From the NCBI GenBank assembly GCA_049325595.1, contig JBMOLF010000015.1, positions 187,238 to 251,237 of the forward strand: a stretch of 64,000 nucleotides of DNA, written 5' to 3'. Below, piece by piece: positions 41,017 to 49,606 of the stretch. Under the pieces are notes generated by a model, which saw only the letters and a program-made list of their open reading frames with translations, made no database searches and was not told where the DNA came from. The first letter of the stretch is position 1, and each line of letters opens with the position of its first letter. Position numbers and translations under genes: made by a program. This stretch comes from Candidatus Babelota bacterium. Lineage in GTDB: Bacteria > Babelota > Babeliae > Babelales > Vermiphilaceae.

Positions 41017-41093
41017 TGGCGCGCCCGGCACGAATCGAACGTGCAACCTACAGATTCGAAGTCTGGCGCTCTATCCAATTGAGCTACGGGCGC
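41017..41093 (-). tRNA. tRNA-Arg (anticodon TCG)
   Basis: Reverse complement GCGCCCGTAGCTCAATTGGATAGAGCGCCAGACTTCGAATCTGTAGGTTGCACGTTCGATTCGTGCCGGGCGCGCCA. Confidence 0.95.
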
Positions 41094-41363
41094 ATTTTAA
41101 TCGCTCTTAACCTTACCAAAAAAAGTTAATTTTGCATAGCCTCTCAATCTTTGACAAGAGAACAAGTAAAAATCCCTATTTTTAAGCTTATTTTATTTGA
41201 AAATTTAAAATCTTCAAATTTTTGATCAAAAACTCAAAAAAGCCTTATTTCAAAGGTAAAAATGACTATTTTATATTGCAACTAGAATAACCAATTTGGT
41301 ATCTTGATAAAAGAGATAATACACTCGTTGTAATGGCGTAAAATACGAAAAAAAGGAATATTT

Positions 41364-41693
41364 ATGAAGAAGCTAATTACAATAATATTATGCGCTGCAT
41401 CCTTATCAGCATATGCCTATTGGACTGATAGCTGGAGCAATCCCTATGCAGAAAAATATGGATTTGAGCAATACAATTATTATAAAACAAAGTTTGCAGA
41501 TAAAACATTTGATAGTCCTATGGATTATCAATATCAATATTTTAATCCAAATTTAGATAAATATGGTTACCAGCCAAAAGAATATGAACCGCACGAGTCT
41601 GAATATAATACATCAGCAACGCCAAGTTCATCTTATTATAAAAAGACAGCCGATGATCTTAACAGAACTATCGGTCCTGTATATCAACGATAA
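41364..41693 (+). CDS. Small secreted Tyr-rich hypothetical protein
   Basis: MKKLITIILCAASLSAYA signal; AAGGA RBS. Confidence 0.75.
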   Translation: MKKLITIILCAASLSAYAYWTDSWSNPYAEKYGFEQYNYYKTKFADKTFDSPMDYQYQYFNPNLDKYGYQPKEYEPHESEYNTSATPSSSYYKKTADDLNRTIGPVYQR

Positions 41694-41719
41694 AATTTGT
41701 TAAAGGGAGAATTTTAACT

Positions 41720-41827
41720 ATGGCACGTAAAACAAATACAAAAAAACAAACAAAACATTCAATAGCAAATGGCAAGAAAAATACAAAAGCAGCTAAACAT
41801 AAACACTCTGCGCACTGTAACTGTTAA
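41720..41827 (+). CDS. 35-aa basic peptide with His/Cys C-terminus (not in ORF track)
   Basis: MARKTNTKKQTKHSIANGKKNTKAAKHKHSAHCNC*; preceded by TAAAGGGAGA, identical to the RBS of the next gene. Confidence 0.6.
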   Translation: MARKTNTKKQTKHSIANGKKNTKAAKHKHSAHCNC

Positions 41828-41844
41828 ACCTAAAGGGAGAGATT

Positions 41845-42030
41845 ATGACTAAACATATAAAAGAACAAAAATGGAATAATTCTGAAGAAAAAAAGACGGT
41901 AAAACCAGAACACAAACAAATGCATCCTGGATACCAAGGTGTTCAAAAAAAATCAGCCAAGATTGAAGAATCTAAAGAAAACGTTGAACATAAATCCAGC
42001 GGCAACCACTTAGATGAAGATTACGAATAA
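41845..42030 (+). CDS. Small hydrophilic charged protein
   Basis: 61 aa, TAAAGGGAGA RBS, followed by a hairpin. Confidence 0.65.
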   Translation: MTKHIKEQKWNNSEEKKTVKPEHKQMHPGYQGVQKKSAKIEESKENVEHKSSGNHLDEDYE

Positions 42031-42033
42031 TAC

Positions 42034-42065
42034 AATAGTCCCTGTTTTTAACAGCAGGGATTATT
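42034..42065. terminator. Hairpin between convergent genes
   Basis: AATAGTCCCTG...CAGGGATTATT. Confidence 0.6.
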
Positions 42066-42792
42066 TTTTAACAAAATAAGCTAAAAATTCTTTATTACCA
42101 GTAGCACCTGCAATAGGTGAATCCGTAACACCAATTAATTCAAAACCATAAGACTCAATACCTTTGGTTACATTTTCAATAACCTGTCGATGAATCTGAG
42201 CATTACGAATAAGCCCTCCGCGCTCAACATCCTCTTTGCGCGCTTCAAATTGCGGCTTAATTAATACTACTAGTTGTCCATTTTCTTTAAGTAATGAACT
42301 GACAACGTCCATAACCTTTAATACGGAAATAAATGAGAGGTCGAGCGTAATAAGATCAATCTGATCATCAAGTAAAGGCAATTCACGTAAATTAGTTCGT
42401 TCCATAACAATTACACGCGGATTGCTACGGATTTTTTCATGTACTTGGCCATACCCAACATCGACGCCATATACTTTATTTATGCCACGTTGCAATAAAC
42501 AATCGGTAAAACCGCCCGTCGATAATCCTGCATCCAAGGCGGTAAGTCCTTCAACGTGTATGCCAAAATAATCAAGAGCTTTTTCTAGTTTAAAACCGGC
42601 ACGACTTACATATTTAGGCTCTTCGATGTTAGCTTCGATTTTTGCATCTATAGGAACTGCTACACCGGGCTTGGTAATTACCGTACCATTTACCGTAATT
42701 TTACCCTGCATAATCCAACTTTGAATTAAGTTACGACTATAATGCGGAAACAATTCATGAACTAACTGATCAAATCTTTTTTTCTGTGCCAT
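42061..42792 (-). CDS. tlyA: TlyA family rRNA 2'-O-methyltransferase
   Basis: S4 domain, YVSRAGFKLEKAL, STGGFTDCLLQ, DVGYGQ, DLSFIS, LIKPQFE, GNKEFL. Confidence 0.95.
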   Translation of the reverse strand: MAQKKRFDQLVHELFPHYSRNLIQSWIMQGKITVNGTVITKPGVAVPIDAKIEANIEEPKYVSRAGFKLEKALDYFGIHVEGLTALDAGLSTGGFTDCLLQRGINKVYGVDVGYGQVHEKIRSNPRVIVMERTNLRELPLLDDQIDLITLDLSFISVLKVMDVVSSLLKENGQLVVLIKPQFEARKEDVERGGLIRNAQIHRQVIENVTKGIESYGFELIGVTDSPIAGATGNKEFLAYFVKK

Positions 42793-42994
42793 GTATAAAT
42801 CTTTATTGTTTTTTTCTTTTTAGTATACGCAATCACGATACTCGCGTCAGCATAATTATAGTTTTAATAACAAAAATGCATTAATCAAGAAGCCAAACTA
42901 TATCTTATTTCTTTTTTGTAAAAAACAATTAAAAAAAAGAGTATAATTTTATATACAAAAAACTGGAGAACTGTAAATCTGATTGCGATAAAAA

Positions 42995-43960
42995 ATGAGC
43001 ATTACCCCATATTTAATAACTATTTTTTTTACGTTATTAATTCCTGGTACCGTTAACGCTATGGAAAACAATGATTTATTAAATCAAATCGAAGCAACAA
43101 AAAAAATAAGCATTATTGAGCATGTATCACAAAAATTATGGTTATTGGAAAAAGACAGTTGGTCTGAATGTTGCATAAAAAAAGCTGCATCATTCCAACA
43201 ATTAGAAGCTCATGTACAAAAAAAACACAAAATAGGAGCAAACTATTTATGCTCAATCTGTCAAGCGACCTATATGAGCGCAAAAAGAGCCGTTTCCTGT
43301 CTTGTTAAACACACTAATACCCGATTTTTTTCATGTCCTTTGTGTCGAACAAACAATACTCGTTTTGAAAACCTAATAGCTCATTGTAAAAAAAAATGTA
43401 TCTATAAAGAAAATTTCATTCCTGAATCTTATACCATAACCTATCAATCTTTGTGTGAAAATTATTATAAAATCAAATTACCTAATAAAAACATTATTGA
43501 ATCTGTTCATGAAACAGTTGATGAACGCATAAAGAAATTAAAAATTTCATGTTGTTCCCTGTTAATAGAAAATTTTCAACAATTATCAAACCATATGAGT
43601 CAATCGCATAGCGATACTATTAGAATACAGTGTCCTGCCTGTGAAAATTGTCATTACAAACCAGACAAAGCCGCATCTTGTTTTTTGTATAAAAAAGACA
43701 ATAACATATTTTGCTCACCGGGCGACAAAAAAAAATTGACCAGTAAAGATGATTTATTACGGCACGTAGCAAAAGCTACAAAACAAATTTGCCCCATAAA
43801 AGAGATTCCTAACGAAAACAATCAATTTGACTATTCACCTCCTACTACAATTCCGACCACCCCTATCTTTGAAAATCCTGAAATCAATTCCTTTATTCAT
43901 CCCTCAGATTTTGTTATTCTGCGTGTTTTAAATTATAAATCGGATAACCTATCAAGTTGA
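42995..43960 (+). CDS. Secreted multi-C2H2 zinc-finger-like protein
   Basis: Signal ending VNA-MEN; YLCSIC, FSCPLC...LIAHC, IQCPAC, L..H...H motifs. Confidence 0.72.
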   Translation: MSITPYLITIFFTLLIPGTVNAMENNDLLNQIEATKKISIIEHVSQKLWLLEKDSWSECCIKKAASFQQLEAHVQKKHKIGANYLCSICQATYMSAKRAVSCLVKHTNTRFFSCPLCRTNNTRFENLIAHCKKKCIYKENFIPESYTITYQSLCENYYKIKLPNKNIIESVHETVDERIKKLKISCCSLLIENFQQLSNHMSQSHSDTIRIQCPACENCHYKPDKAASCFLYKKDNNIFCSPGDKKKLTSKDDLLRHVAKATKQICPIKEIPNENNQFDYSPPTTIPTTPIFENPEINSFIHPSDFVILRVLNYKSDNLSS

Positions 43961-44084
43961 ATTTTTATCCTTTAGTAAATCTATAATTAAATATTCACTA
44001 TTGCCTGCCACCGATTCAGATAATTTTTTTACAAAAATTTCAAATATGATATAATGATTGATATGGTTTGCAATGGAGATAACT

Positions 44085-44962
44085 ATGTTAAAAAAACAAA
44101 ATATTCATTTACTATTAATTTCATCATTAATTTATAGTAGCAGCTCTATAGTGTCGATGGACCAATTTAACTATCCAATAATCCATGACAATGAACTTTT
44201 CGAATATGATAGCTGTAACACAAATATTCAATTTTTTGAAGATTTCGCACCAACATTCGATTCTAATGATATTTTGAATGCATCAACAGACCGAATCAAG
44301 GGAATGTGTACAGAAAATTATGATGATTTTTTTTCTGATGATGAAAACTACACTCCATCATCAGATTCAATTCAAGCTATTAGCCCCTATTCAGAATCGC
44401 CAAATAATGTGTATGAAAACGATTACACACATAATAGTAATTTTACTGAAAACAGTATGCGCGTGATAAATAATAATAGAGCTAAAATTAAAACAAAATT
44501 ACTTGAGCGTGTACAACAAAGGCTTGCTCGAAAAAATGTTAAAACTCCTGAACAAGAAAAAAACGATTACAAAAAAAACAAGAAAAAAAAACAAAAACTG
44601 TTATAAAATACATTAAACAAAATCATAAAACCGCGGATATCCCTCAAGAAAAACCCGATCCTAATTTTAATCAAACGATTAGCTTCCCTTCGCTGCCCAA
44701 TACTATAGTTGCTAACAACAATATTATTGATTCTGACGGCTACGCAACAGCAGCTTTTGAAATAACCGAGATACCAATAGTTGAAAATCAAATCATTCAA
44801 GATCCGATTCGCACAACAACAAAACCAAAATCAAAATTAAAAGCACATAAAAAAATCAATCCTAACATTACTGTAGAGAGCCTACCAAAAATTATTCAGC
44901 CTAAAACTGCCGCCTTAGAAGAAGTAAAACAAAGATTATTAGCACGAATTAACAAGAAATAA
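44085..44962 (+). CDS. Secreted low-complexity protein interrupted by a -1 frameshift in A tracts (programmed, pseudogene or assembly error)
   Basis: Frame 0 stops at 44606; -1 frame is open from at least 44564 to TAA 44960-44962 without an ATG; GGAG RBS before ATG 44085. Confidence 0.6.
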
Positions 44963-45041
44963 CAAGCTATTTTTTTTGACCTATACCTTATGCTCCTTTT
45001 TTAGTATTTTTGAAAAAAATAACAAAAAGGGAACAGATAAA

Positions 45042-45383
45042 ATGAATCTAAAATTAACTATTCTTTGTGGTTCACTGTTATGTGTGCACACTTCATACAG
45101 CAGTGAACAATCTTCGATTATTAAATATGCTTCATATCTTGTATATCACCGTCAAAATGCCCCAAAACCCCAACCACTATTTTTTGAAATAGCATATCTA
45201 AAAAAACTAGTTAAAACATTTGATCGTTTACAACCTGCTGGTTATTACATAATTTTCTATGATAAAAATGATAATCCTATTTTAACAGCACGCCATTCTG
45301 GCCTTGCCTTACCATCTTTAGCAGATATACGACAATTTAGTAATCTTTTGGATTTAACCAATATTCTCAATGAAGAATCATAA
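45042..45383 (+). CDS. Small secreted hypothetical protein
   Basis: AAGGGA RBS; MNLKLTILCGSLLCVHTSYS-SEQ. Confidence 0.65.
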   Translation: MNLKLTILCGSLLCVHTSYSSEQSSIIKYASYLVYHRQNAPKPQPLFFEIAYLKKLVKTFDRLQPAGYYIIFYDKNDNPILTARHSGLALPSLADIRQFSNLLDLTNILNEES

Positions 45384-45409
45384 AATTTTACACTCTAAGG
45401 AGAATTTCA

Positions 45410-46714
45410 ATGAACAAATTTTCACTATTTTTGTTAACCTGTAGTGCTCTTTTATTGCACGCACAAGAACCAATATTAAATAAGGAATTTTATGAGAAAA
45501 ATGACATAACGGTACAAGATAATGGGTATTGGCAATGGGTTAATGCGTTAAATGGCTGTCAGACTAAACCTGCCAATAACAAAACCAGTGAAACTCAATT
45601 ACCATTATTTAATCATTACCAAGAACTCAGAAAAATTCCGCATATTTCACTCTGCTCGCTACCTACACCCGTACAAGAATTATCAAACACTAATGATGAG
45701 CTCAAAAGTTCGATTTTTATTAAGCGCGATGATTTAAGCGGCGCAAAAGACGTGGAGGGCAACCATTATTATGGTGGTAATAAACCACGCAAGTTAGAAT
45801 TTGAATTGGGTCAAGCATTACACAACCATGCGGGTACTGTTATTACTTTTGGCGGTGTTGGCTCAAATCATGCACTTGCCACCAGTGAATACGCAAAGAT
45901 ACTGGGCCTCAAATGTATTGCGCTGCTCAACTCTCAACCAAACTCCAAAAATGTCCAAAATAATTTATTACTTCACAAAAAAAATGAAACTGAATTATTC
46001 GAGTATCCAGATGACCAAACAAGAAAAGTACATACGTTAACTAAATGGTCAGATATAAAAAATAATACCGGAGAATTTCCTTACTTAATTTTTCCCGGCG
46101 CATCCACACCACTAGGAACAGTTGGTTTTGTAAATGCTGCCTTTGAACTGAAAGAACAAATAGACAAGCATCTTTTGCCTGAACCAGATTATATTTATGT
46201 TCCCTGCGGAAGCTTTGGAACAACTATAGGGCTTACGCTTGGCTGTAAAGCGGCCGGTCTTAAATCTCATGTAGTGGGTATATGTGTAATTCCTGAAAAA
46301 TTTCCTGGGATGTATAAACAGTACGCACAATTATTTTTTAAACAAGTTAATGATTTTATACATACACAGGATCAAAATTTTCCCGTCATGGAACTCACTG
46401 ATTCAGATTTAACCTTACGAACCGAGTTTACTGGTTCCCAATATGGACTATTCACCTCCCAAGGCCAAGAAGCTTTGCATCTGGTTAAGGAAAAAGAAAA
46501 TATAACGCTTGATGGTACGTATACCGCCAAAGCATTTGCTGCGCTCATTAACGATATTAAATCAGGTAATCGCGCAAACAAAAATATATTGTTTTGGAAT
46601 ACGTATTGTGGACTTGACTTCTCAAATCAAACCCGCGAAATAGACTTCACTACTCTTCCCGTTTGCCTACACAAATATTTTACCAATCCAGTACAACCCC
46701 TGGATCTAGATTAA
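45410..46714 (+). CDS. D-cysteine desulfhydrase/ACC deaminase family PLP enzyme with signal peptide
   Basis: LPTPVQ, IKRDD, GGNKPRKLEF, GGVGSNH, PCGSFGT, LDGTYTAKA. Confidence 0.88.
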   Translation: MNKFSLFLLTCSALLLHAQEPILNKEFYEKNDITVQDNGYWQWVNALNGCQTKPANNKTSETQLPLFNHYQELRKIPHISLCSLPTPVQELSNTNDELKSSIFIKRDDLSGAKDVEGNHYYGGNKPRKLEFELGQALHNHAGTVITFGGVGSNHALATSEYAKILGLKCIALLNSQPNSKNVQNNLLLHKKNETELFEYPDDQTRKVHTLTKWSDIKNNTGEFPYLIFPGASTPLGTVGFVNAAFELKEQIDKHLLPEPDYIYVPCGSFGTTIGLTLGCKAAGLKSHVVGICVIPEKFPGMYKQYAQLFFKQVNDFIHTQDQNFPVMELTDSDLTLRTEFTGSQYGLFTSQGQEALHLVKEKENITLDGTYTAKAFAALINDIKSGNRANKNILFWNTYCGLDFSNQTREIDFTTLPVCLHKYFTNPVQPLDLD

Positions 46715-46736
46715 AATACTTTTTAAAAAATGGAGG

Positions 46737-47960
46737 TTATTTCATGCTATTAATCGCATTTTTAATTATCTCATCAACATGGCGCAAAACGAGTAATCTT
46801 CGGGGAGTTTTTATTCCTTCATCTAGATTATAGCACCCATCAATAAAAGATGGTTTTTGTAAAAACCCAACTTTGTTTTTAAAAAGAAGTTTGCATGCCA
46901 CGATATGTTGTGATCTTTTAAAAAGCAATGAATAAGTTTCATTTGGTTCTGGGTGAACATATTTTTTTTCAAATCTTAATATAAAATACTCAGGATGTTG
47001 GTATGAAGATTCGTACACACAATTAAAACAAGATTCGTTTTTAGCCCATTTCGCATCAACGTATTGATCGATTATCGTTTTTATAGTTAACAATTTTTGT
47101 ATATTTCTACCAACCTGATACAATGCAGATTCTGTCATAACAATTAAAGAGTCATCTTCAGCATTTAAAGAATCATAGTGGATACTTTTTAATGTCTTAT
47201 CAACACAGTCATAATCACGATGGATAGTTAGAATAAATTGTCGGTAGGCATTATAAATAACTTCTAATTTATTGTTATTAAGTAATGCAGTAGCCCACTT
47301 ATTTTTTGTAGGATGCATGCAATACTTACTTAAAAAATTAGTATGATCTAATTCAATTTGGGTATAGGAGAATTTACAATTTAAAAAACTTCGAGCTCCG
47401 CGTTTTGGAATAACATATAACATATTTTTTACTGAGCATTGTCCGGGGATATTTTTTTGAATGATCAGTAATCCATTATCATTAGGGCCAATACACATTA
47501 CGTTTCCAGCATCTTGCGCTATGCATACACCATGGTAATAATAGGTATCTGAAAGAATCCCTCTTTTCATTATTATTTTTTTGTGACGTTTGAATCGATG
47601 CCAATAAGCAGCTTGTGCTCTGGATTGCTCCGTAGTTAGTTCTTCAATTTTTTTTGGCTGCTCATTGTATGTTTTTTGATTGTTTTTTTTAGACGGAATA
47701 ATTTTCAAACTCCATACTAGATCATCATTTTCCAGATAATATGGTTCGAATAATTCTTTTTTTATCTTTGATTTTATTTCTTGAGGAAATATTGATTGAC
47801 ACGCATTAAGTAAAAGAGAAAGTAATTCAGCTGATTGAGTATTATTCAGATTTTGCTGATTATTTTCTTGTGAAAATATACCATTAAAATAAAAAATAAA
47901 ACTTATAATCACTGTTATTTTTGGTACCATAAAATCAATCCGCTTTAAATTCATGAACAA
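46737..47960 (-). CDS. Secreted hypothetical protein
   Basis: 407-aa ORF, hydrophobic N-terminus, weak F-box-like FPQEIKSKI, beta-rich C-terminal half. Confidence 0.7.
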   Translation of the reverse strand: MFMNLKRIDFMVPKITVIISFIFYFNGIFSQENNQQNLNNTQSAELLSLLLNACQSIFPQEIKSKIKKELFEPYYLENDDLVWSLKIIPSKKNNQKTYNEQPKKIEELTTEQSRAQAAYWHRFKRHKKIIMKRGILSDTYYYHGVCIAQDAGNVMCIGPNDNGLLIIQKNIPGQCSVKNMLYVIPKRGARSFLNCKFSYTQIELDHTNFLSKYCMHPTKNKWATALLNNNKLEVIYNAYRQFILTIHRDYDCVDKTLKSIHYDSLNAEDDSLIVMTESALYQVGRNIQKLLTIKTIIDQYVDAKWAKNESCFNCVYESSYQHPEYFILRFEKKYVHPEPNETYSLLFKRSQHIVACKLLFKNKVGFLQKPSFIDGCYNLDEGIKTPRRLLVLRHVDEIIKNAINSMK

Positions 47961-48008
47961 CTATGTGAGGAATGTAATAATATCAAAAATAACTTTAAAT
48001 TAATGAAC

Positions 48009-49430
48009 TTACTTACCAATATCTAACTGTAATGATAATCGCTTATCATCTTCAACTACCTTATCATAGCGCCATACTGTAGTTACCCGATCGGTCATTT
48101 TCACTAAAATATAATTAGTTTTTTGTGATTGCACTAAAGCTTGTTCTAATGAAGAAATAGTATTAACAGAGATACCATTTATCTGGGCAACCAAATGCCC
48201 AACTCGAATTGCTCCATTTTGATATGCAAGTGAACCTGGTACTAGATGAGTAACAATTAATTGGGGATTAATTTTATGCTCGGGAAATAAATAATGAGCA
48301 AGTTCTGGTGCATAGGGTGTCAATAAATCAAGATGATTATCAGTTAATGGCATAATTACCATGCCTGCAATAATAATAAATCCTATCGATTCAAATGGTG
48401 GATAATAACGTTTAATAGGAAATTCTTCAGTTTTAGTAAAAGGAAAGCTGATAATTACTTTTTCACCTTTACGATACAACTCTAGAATAACTTTTTGTTC
48501 TGGTACTAATCGAGCAATTAATTCAGTAATATAAATTTTTTCATCATCTACTACTAATTGTCCAAATGGATCAACCGTTATACCATTGATAGCATAGAGC
48601 ATATCTCCTTCCTGCACACCATATTTTGCCAACAAAGAATGCTCAAGAATAGTATTTATGTACACACCAGCCGGAATAGGATTTCCTAAATACCGTGCGT
48701 GGTCATCAGTTGTTTCGTTAAACCTCATACCAAGAAACATACGTCGAGCAAGATGCGAAGATTTCATTTCTTTTAATGCAAGTTTAATTTCGTTCATTGA
48801 TATGGCATAGGCAATATTTGGCGACTCGGGTGCTACAGCAATAACCATGCCAACAATCTCACCCTGTTCATTAATTACTGGACCACCTGAATCCCCCACA
48901 TTCACTGCGATAGTTAATTGAATTAGGGATTTACCAAATACAAAGGTTGGACCGGAAACTGATCCTAATGACAATTTAATTTTTTCATCGCCAAAAGGAT
49001 ACCCTAAAATAGCAATAGATTGTCCAGCTTGAATCGGTGAATCATACTCATAAATAGTTGGAAAACTCATTTCATTTTTTATCTGGTCTAAATCATTTTT
49101 TTTTAGCTTGAGTAATGCGATATCACGCTCTGGATAAAATCCAACAATATCAACAAAAAAAATACGTTTGCCAAATTGAGGAATATGAATCCAAACAGTT
49201 GATGCTTGATCAACTACGTGGGCACTCGTAATAATATGACCTTGATTATCAATAAAAAAGCCTGAACCAGAACTTTCACCCGTTTCTTGTTTTTGATAAG
49301 GAATTAACCAGTTAAATGATGCAATTTGTGCTACAATCTGAACAATATATTTTTGTAGTTGGGTAAAAATTTCTGGCCAAATTTCAGAACTTGATAATTT
49401 TTTATTCACGGCATTTCCTTTTTTTTCCAT
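48009..49430 (-). CDS. HtrA/DegP-like serine protease with PDZ domains
   Basis: GSGFFID, SAHVV, DIALL, GDSGGP; PDZ-like GDMLYAING. Confidence 0.9.
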   Translation of the reverse strand: MEKKGNAVNKKLSSSEIWPEIFTQLQKYIVQIVAQIASFNWLIPYQKQETGESSGSGFFIDNQGHIITSAHVVDQASTVWIHIPQFGKRIFFVDIVGFYPERDIALLKLKKNDLDQIKNEMSFPTIYEYDSPIQAGQSIAILGYPFGDEKIKLSLGSVSGPTFVFGKSLIQLTIAVNVGDSGGPVINEQGEIVGMVIAVAPESPNIAYAISMNEIKLALKEMKSSHLARRMFLGMRFNETTDDHARYLGNPIPAGVYINTILEHSLLAKYGVQEGDMLYAINGITVDPFGQLVVDDEKIYITELIARLVPEQKVILELYRKGEKVIISFPFTKTEEFPIKRYYPPFESIGFIIIAGMVIMPLTDNHLDLLTPYAPELAHYLFPEHKINPQLIVTHLVPGSLAYQNGAIRVGHLVAQINGISVNTISSLEQALVQSQKTNYILVKMTDRVTTVWRYDKVVEDDKRLSLQLDIGK

Positions 49431-49606
49431 ATTACCTTATTACTACCTGTGACGTTAAGAGAAAAATCTTACAAATGTAACAAACAATTGGGAATTGTAA
49501 TCATATTCAATCACATGTTAATTATTTTTTGACAAATATTTTCAATCTGAATATTTAATGTGGTATAGTTAATGTGGTATCATTGTGAAAAGAAGGACCA
49601 ATTATA

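Noticed and set aside
42061..42792. TlyA as a hemolysin virulence factor
   Set aside because: Sequence shows the ordinary S4 + methyltransferase architecture; no evidence for more.
44567..44800. 77-aa minus-strand ORF
   Set aside because: Antisense to the longer + strand -1 frame extension, which is better supported by its repeated motif.
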